From the NCBI GenBank assembly GCA_963728205.1, contig CAVSIV010000001.1, positions 832,001-896,000 of the forward strand: a stretch of DNA of 64,000 nt. Reading direction: 5' to 3'. The stretch is from an uncultured Chloroflexia bacterium. GTDB lineage: Bacteria; Chloroflexota; Dehalococcoidia; UBA2979. A program made the translations under genes and the position numbers. The notes below the pieces were generated by a model, which saw nothing but the letters and a program-made list of their open reading frames with translations, did no database searches and was not told the DNA's origin. Below, piece by piece: positions 61,552-64,000 of the stretch. Each line of letters starts with the position of its first letter. The first letter of the stretch is position 1.

Positions 61552-62864
61552 AGTTCGACCTCGTCCACAGCCGGCGCCGGTTCTTCATCGGCTCCGGCAC
61601 GCTCGTCCTGCTGTCGCTCATCATCCTGCTGATCCCGCCGATGTTCCGGCCGGGCATCGAGTTCACCTCGGGCAGCACCGCGCAGGTCCAGTTCCAGCAG
61701 CATGTCGACGAGTCGGCGCTGCGCGACCTCTACGCCTCGCTCGGCCACCCCGAGGCGCGCATCCAGTCGACGGGCACCAACCAGTTCCTGATTCGCACGA
61801 AGCAGCTGGAGGTCCCGGAGTCCGCCTTCAACCAGGCCGCGGCCACGCCGACCGTCGAGGCGACCCCCGTCGGGCCCGCGCCGGCGTCGTTCATCGGCAC
61901 GCTCACGCTCGGCGCCGACGGCGCGACCGGTGACGTTCTGCTGCGCAAGGCGTTCAACAACGACGTCTGCACCCTCGGCGACGTCGCCGGGTCGTTCCCG
62001 GCCGGCACCGAGGCGCAGGTGCTGACGCAGTACACGAAGTGCGGCACAGGCGACAAGCTCGTCTACGAGGTCGTCGTGAAGGACACGAAGGGCCTCGTCG
62101 CGGCGGCGAACGTGCACGGCTTCACGCCGGCCGCGACGCCGACGCCCGCGGCGAGCGCCACGCCGGGCGCCGCGGCCGGCCCCGCCCAGAACGAGGGCGA
62201 GTGGACGACGATCCAGAACGCGATGCAGAAGAAGTTCGGCGCGTTCGACGTGCAGGAGTTCTCCACCGTGTCGGCCGTCGTCTCGCACGTCGCCGTGCGC
62301 AACGCGTCGATCGCGGTGGCGGTCGCGGCGATCTTCATCCTCGCGTACGTGGCGTGGGCGTTCTCGTCCGTGCCGCGGCCGTTCCGCTACGGCGCGTCCG
62401 CCATCATCGCCCTCGTCCACGACACGATGATCGTGCTGGGCGCGTTCTCGCTCTTCGGCAAGGTCTTCGGCATGGAGATCGACCTGATGTTCGTCACGGG
62501 ACTCTTAACCGTGATCGGCTTCTCCGTGCACGACACGATCGTGGTGTTCGACCGCATCCGTGAGAACGTCCGCATCGCGCCGTCGGCGCCATTCCCGGAC
62601 AACGTGAACGCCGCGCTGATCCAGACGATGGCGCGCTCGCTCAACACGTCGCTGACGGTGCTGATCACGGTCGGAGCGATGCTGCTGCTCGGCGGCGTGA
62701 CGATTCGCGAGTTCCTGCTCGTGATCCTGATCGGCGTGATCTCCGGGACGTACTCGAGCATCGGCATCGCGTCACAGGTGCTGGTGTCGTGGGAGCAGGG
62801 CGACTTCGCGCGCTGGTTCCGGTGGATGCGCAGCCGCGAGGCGGACACGGCGACGCAGTCGTAG
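61548..62864 (+). CDS. secF: protein translocase subunit SecF with an inserted extracytoplasmic domain (438 aa)
   Basis: GIEFTSG, HD, GFSVHDTIVVFDRIRE, RSLNTS, GTYSSI; GTGA overlap with secD. Confidence 0.95.
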   Translation: MKFDLVHSRRRFFIGSGTLVLLSLIILLIPPMFRPGIEFTSGSTAQVQFQQHVDESALRDLYASLGHPEARIQSTGTNQFLIRTKQLEVPESAFNQAAATPTVEATPVGPAPASFIGTLTLGADGATGDVLLRKAFNNDVCTLGDVAGSFPAGTEAQVLTQYTKCGTGDKLVYEVVVKDTKGLVAAANVHGFTPAATPTPAASATPGAAAGPAQNEGEWTTIQNAMQKKFGAFDVQEFSTVSAVVSHVAVRNASIAVAVAAIFILAYVAWAFSSVPRPFRYGASAIIALVHDTMIVLGAFSLFGKVFGMEIDLMFVTGLLTVIGFSVHDTIVVFDRIRENVRIAPSAPFPDNVNAALIQTMARSLNTSLTVLITVGAMLLLGGVTIREFLLVILIGVISGTYSSIGIASQVLVSWEQGDFARWFRWMRSREADTATQS

Positions 62865-62876
62865 ATCCGCTTCCCC

Positions 62877-62970
62877 GCAGCGGCGGGGGACATGCCGCCG
62901 ACAGATGGGCGGCGCCAGCCGCGCGAACCGGCGTACGCGTGCGGTCGGCGGCGGGTCTGCCGCCGCTGCG
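62877..62970. repeat. family D inverted pair between convergent secF and selB
   Basis: GCAGCGGCGG...GCCGCCGAC / GTCGGCGGC...CCGCCGCTGC. Confidence 0.6.
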
Positions 62971-62982
62971 CGGGAAGCGCGC

Positions 62983-64000
62983 CTACTGGCTCTGGCGCGC
63001 GCCCCGGAACGCCTCGGTGAGCACGCGTCCCTCGCCCTGCCGCCGCGTCACGCCGCGGCGGTCGAGCGTCTCGAGCAGCGCCTGCGTCGTGCGGCGGTTG
63101 GTCGACAGCGCGTCGCGTGCCTCCGCCAGCGTCGCGCTCTCGCGCTCCAGCAGCAGCCGCGCCACCGCCTCCTGCGCTGCGCCGAAGGCGTCGGCGTCGA
63201 GCAGCAGCCCGTCGCCGCAGTCCACCGCGCGCCCGGAACCCACGAGGTAGGCGACGACCTCCGCGTCCAGCGACAGGCGCGGCACCTGCAACCCGTCCTC
63301 GCGCAGCGTGCGCAGGGCGTCGTCGATCGCGCGCTGCGCGCGCGCGTCCGGCGCCGGCAGCCAGTCCGCCTCCGCCACGCCGTCGCCGCGCGCCACGATC
63401 CCCGGCGCGAGCGCGTCGAGGATCGCGCCGAACTCCCGCTGGGGCAGCGCCTGTCCTGAGCCCGTCGCAGGGCGCAGCCGGCTGCGCAGCTCCTCGCGTG
63501 GCATCGCGAAGCGCAGCGGGCGGTCGCGGTGGAACGCGGCCAGCGCGCGCCGCGCCTCGTCCGCGGTGCGCGCCAGGCCCGCCGCCGTCATGTAGAGCGG
63601 CGCCTGGCTCTCCAGCGACAGCTCGCGCACGTCGCCGGCCGCCACCAGCGCGGCGAGCGTGCCGGCGACTAGCGCCGCGTCCACCTCGACGCTCGCTGCG
63701 AGCGCCGCCGCGCTCGCCGGCTCCGCGCGCTCGAGCGCGGCCAGCAGCCGGCTCTCCGGCGTGCCCTCCGCGCGGCGCCCCATCTGCTCGAGCGTCGCCG
63801 GGTCGCCGCGGCGATGGCGTGGCGCGTTCACCTCGATCACGCGCCCACCGGCGACCGTCTCGTCCGACACCCGCAGCACGAAGAGGTCGCCCGGCACCGC
63901 CGCCAGCGGCTCGCCGAGCACGACCTGCACCCAGCCCTCGTCGCCCGCCGCGATCTCGTCGGCGCCCATCACGCGCACGCGCCCCTGCACCTCCGCCGTG
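62983..64000 (-). CDS. selB: selenocysteine-specific elongation factor SelB, 3' part
   Basis: GD.FVLR..TVAGG, FH..RPLR..M.REELRS, terminal RDAL.TNRR....LE.LD..GVTRR.G..R winged helix. Confidence 0.88.
   Translation of the reverse strand, partial: TAEVQGRVRVMGADEIAAGDEGWVQVVLGEPLAAVPGDLFVLRVSDETVAGGRVIEVNAPRHRRGDPATLEQMGRRAEGTPESRLLAALERAEPASAAALAASVEVDAALVAGTLAALVAAGDVRELSLESQAPLYMTAAGLARTADEARRALAAFHRDRPLRFAMPREELRSRLRPATGSGQALPQREFGAILDALAPGIVARGDGVAEADWLPAPDARAQRAIDDALRTLREDGLQVPRLSLDAEVVAYLVGSGRAVDCGDGLLLDADAFGAAQEAVARLLLERESATLAEARDALSTNRRTTQALLETLDRRGVTRRQGEGRVLTEAFRGARQSQ

Noticed and set aside
62983-64000. Selenoproteins implied by selB
   Set aside because: I found no in-frame TGA at a conserved Cys position in any gene of this window

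Overview
High-GC bacterial chromosome, most likely Chloroflexota/Dehalococcoidia-like (inferred from gene repertoire and GAAC-N4-GTTC SOS boxes). It is mostly housekeeping: a division/cell-wall (dcw) operon (mraZ-rsmH-ftsL-ftsI-murF-mraY-murD-ftsW-murG-murC-ddl-ftsQ-ftsA-ftsZ, with no murE or murB), nrdR-nrdJ, yggS-proC-yggT, recA-recX-rny, mogA-trmD-rplS-priA-def-yajC-secD-secF and the 3' part of selB. There is also a catabolic cluster (solute-binding protein, acyl-CoA dehydrogenase, CocE hydrolase) and a ~6.4 kb integrase-less island in tRNA-Asp carrying an intact IS21 element. No CRISPR array, prophage or recognisable defence system was seen. The most unusual observations are: (1) FtsZ with a ~288-aa in-frame acidic N-terminal extension and two candidate starts; (2) SecF with an inserted SH3b-like domain; (3) a TrmD-Nudix fusion; (4) at least five families of REP-like palindromes, several translated in frame inside murD, selB and a CoA-transferase; (5) a ~130-nt multibranched leader that sequesters the rny RBS; (6) an SOS box and paired DnaA-box-like repeats upstream of nrdJ, and a clamp-motif-like tail on NrdR; (7) four +1 frameshifts, all at GANTC and all repairable to GATC, probably assembly errors that point to a DNA modification. 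All calls were made by eye; no database searches were run.
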